Below are positions 47,212-49,060 of a stretch of DNA of 49,060 bases, one piece after another (within the stretch, counting starts at the first letter, position 1; the number at the start of each line of letters is the position of its first letter). The DNA lies in NCBI RefSeq assembly GCF_964204645.1, contig NC_134031.1:21574217-21623276 (forward strand). Reading direction: 5' to 3'. This stretch comes from Tubulanus polymorphus (lineage: Eukaryota > Animalia > Nemertea). The notes under the pieces were generated by a model. That model made no database searches, was not told the DNA's origin, and saw only the letters and a program-made list of their open reading frames with translations. The translations under genes and the position numbers were made by a program.

Positions 47212-48006
47212 ATGGACGCCCAGGACAAGTGGACGTGCCACGACTGCGGTCTTAGCCCTAGTAATACGTACAGGAAGTCACGCCACCAGGTGTCTTGCAC
47301 CTGGAAGCTTTTCGGTCGCAAAACGTATCCGGCCGGCACGGTATTCTCATGCCTTATGTGTGGATTTAGTAATCCGAAAGAGGCGAGGGTAATCACACAT
47401 ATATCAAAATCGCATCGCGACCGCGTTAGAAGGAACGGTAACACTTATGTCGGCTTGATTCGTTCGTGTGTGCCGGAGGGAGTGCCTCGGACGGTTTTCC
47501 CGGGCCTCCCTACCGCTAGTTTCGTGTCCGACGTCGGACTGGATGAGACTAGAGAATCGTCTGTGTCAGAACTCCCGAAGAAGTTCCCGTTTTTTTCGTT
47601 ACCGCCGCCGTATTCGCCGCCTCCGCCGCCTAGTTCGCCGCCTCCGCCCATCGAAACACCTACGTCGTTCGATTGTCTGAACATTCCGCTAACAGGACAA
47701 GCTGCGCTGTGCAGCTTTGATGTATCGACTGAGATCATTCTTGACGGCATTGAGGAACCTGCAAACTCATCCTTACTCATGCGAACATCTACACCCGTAC
47801 CAGCTGAAGACGCGGTTCCCGTGGAGATCAACCCTGCAGTACTTTCCGAACCTTCGTGCGCTGTCGGTAATTCTCCGGTCTCCGAGCAATGTGGCGCTGT
47901 TCCGCATGTTCACGAATTTCGCGGACACCACCTCGAGATATCGGTCCCGGTTGGAGTCCCGATTAACTGCCCGTTGTGTCTTCACCTGGTCAAATCTTTT
48001 GAATAA
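47212..48006 (+). CDS. Third ORF: N-terminal zinc fingers, Pro-rich linker, C-terminal HxH...CxxC; not env
   Basis: Intact ~264 aa between pol and PPT; CHDC..H..C, CLMC..H..H; preceded by a polypyrimidine tract and CAG (47180-47206). Confidence 0.75.
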   Translation: MDAQDKWTCHDCGLSPSNTYRKSRHQVSCTWKLFGRKTYPAGTVFSCLMCGFSNPKEARVITHISKSHRDRVRRNGNTYVGLIRSCVPEGVPRTVFPGLPTASFVSDVGLDETRESSVSELPKKFPFFSLPPPYSPPPPPSSPPPPIETPTSFDCLNIPLTGQAALCSFDVSTEIILDGIEEPANSSLLMRTSTPVPAEDAVPVEINPAVLSEPSCAVGNSPVSEQCGAVPHVHEFRGHHLEISVPVGVPINCPLCLHLVKSFE

Positions 48007-48060
48007 CCTTATATATATACTTTACCTTTGTCGCCTTTTCTGAGAGGGTCGCTCAGGGCT

Positions 48061-48070
48061 GGTGGGGGGC
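48061..48070 (+). other. Polypurine tract
   Basis: GGTGGGGGGC just before the 3' LTR. Confidence 0.85.
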
Positions 48071-48072
48071 TT

Positions 48073-49060
48073 TGTAGCGGAAATTCGTTTCACTTCGTTC
48101 TGTTCTTTTTATTTTCCAGCTGCAGAGTCCTCCCCAGCTCAGTCTAAAATTCATATTAAATTCCTATTAAAAGTTTGTGTGATGTAAAATAAAACCTTAT
48201 TATGTATTTGTAACTCTGAGACAAGAATGTTTAATGCTTTGGACTTCGGTCTGGTGGATTAGAAACTATTTTTATTTCTATCTTAATGAAATATGGTATG
48301 ATTTAATCTGAATTCAAAAACTGTACCTAAAGACCTTTTCTATGTGTTCGGGTCACTCCCGGTTTGTATTTTTCGAGTTAATGTGCCTTAATCGATGTTC
48401 CCGTGCTTAAATCGATATTTTTATGCTGTGCTCTGTGCCCGAGTTGGCGCCACTATACGGTTCTTAATTATATTGTGTGCTCGGGGTGCTTTGTTTTAAC
48501 CAATTAGATGGGGTTACGTCATAATCTGGGCTCTATAAAAGGCAAAAATGTGCTTTATCAATTAGTCTCGGTGCACATTCTTAGGTGTGTATTACTAAGA
48601 TTTTGAACTATGGGGGGAGAAATTAATCTAATTTTCTTAGTAAGTCATACTTAGCACTGATTCTCTTTAAGTATTTCTTGGTCCTTATTATCAAAGTTGT
48701 TTTTCTTCCAAGATGTTTTCAGAAAACAATCTTTCAGGGTTCAAGGAGGTTTTCTCCTTCGAATTATTCCCCGAAAGTATTCTTCTTTCCGATTTCCTCT
48801 CTTGGTTTTTCCCTCAATTTTTGAGTTTTCGGAGTAATGACCATCTCTTACATAAACATAATAGGAAGAATGATTGAATAAATACTTAACTGGAACTATG
48901 ATTAAATATAGCGAAAATTCTTATCTTTATTAAGAGCACTTAGAGTTACATCTTCTTTAGCGTAAAACGAGCGCAGGGTTTAAGTAACTATTGTTGAGTC
49001 GTAATGTTAGAATATCTGAAATCTTTATTCCTAATACTATTGAATTCTGGTGCGAGTCGT
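48073..49060 (+). repeat. 3' LTR (partial)
   Basis: Direct repeat of 39838-~40825. Confidence 0.96.

Larger units (their letters stand above)
39838..49060 (+). mobile_element. Ty3/Gypsy LTR retrotransposon (3' LTR runs off the window)
   Basis: LTR-PBS-gag-PR-RT-RH-INT-ORF3-PPT-LTR; RT-RH-INT order. Confidence 0.97.

Noticed and set aside
43849-47985. Antisense and alternate-frame ORFs over pol and ORF3
   Set aside because: Shadows of real coding frames with no motifs; 45935-46852 is the frameshifted integrase tail.
47212-48006. ORF3 as env
   Set aside because: No signal peptide, fusion-protein cleavage site or TM anchor.

Overview
Eukaryotic, gene-free, repeat-dense window (probably an invertebrate; the host cannot be identified from sequence alone) made almost entirely of nested mobile DNA. 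(1) 1-15677: right part of a decayed AT-rich Polinton/Maverick-type endogenous virus: integrase with chromodomain, packaging ATPase, zinc-finger protein, major and minor capsid proteins, small membrane proteins, protein-primed PolB. Its polB is split by a 2.7-kb long-TIR transposon with a 9-bp TSD, and the element ends in a ~410-bp fold-back palindrome. Five of its structural-block genes carry a motif closely matching the poxvirus late-promoter layout (T-run, 6-7-bp spacer, TAAATG). (2) 15678-33506: head-to-tail array of non-autonomous Helentron-like (HINE/DINE-1-type) elements carrying a captured LINE reverse-transcriptase fragment. Nested in it are a 31-bp satellite, other HINEs, a 6.6-kb long-TIR element (4-bp TSD), MITEs, a 39-bp P-element-like excision footprint and the 3' remnant of a Gypsy element. 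(3) 39838-49060: near-complete Ty3/Gypsy retrotransposon (2-kb LTRs, tRNA-Leu PBS, gag, disrupted pol) with an intact non-env third ORF (zinc fingers) behind a splice acceptor. A probable homologue of that ORF sits in the separate Gypsy remnant at ~26.5-27.0 kb. All alignments and counts were made by eye; no searches were run.
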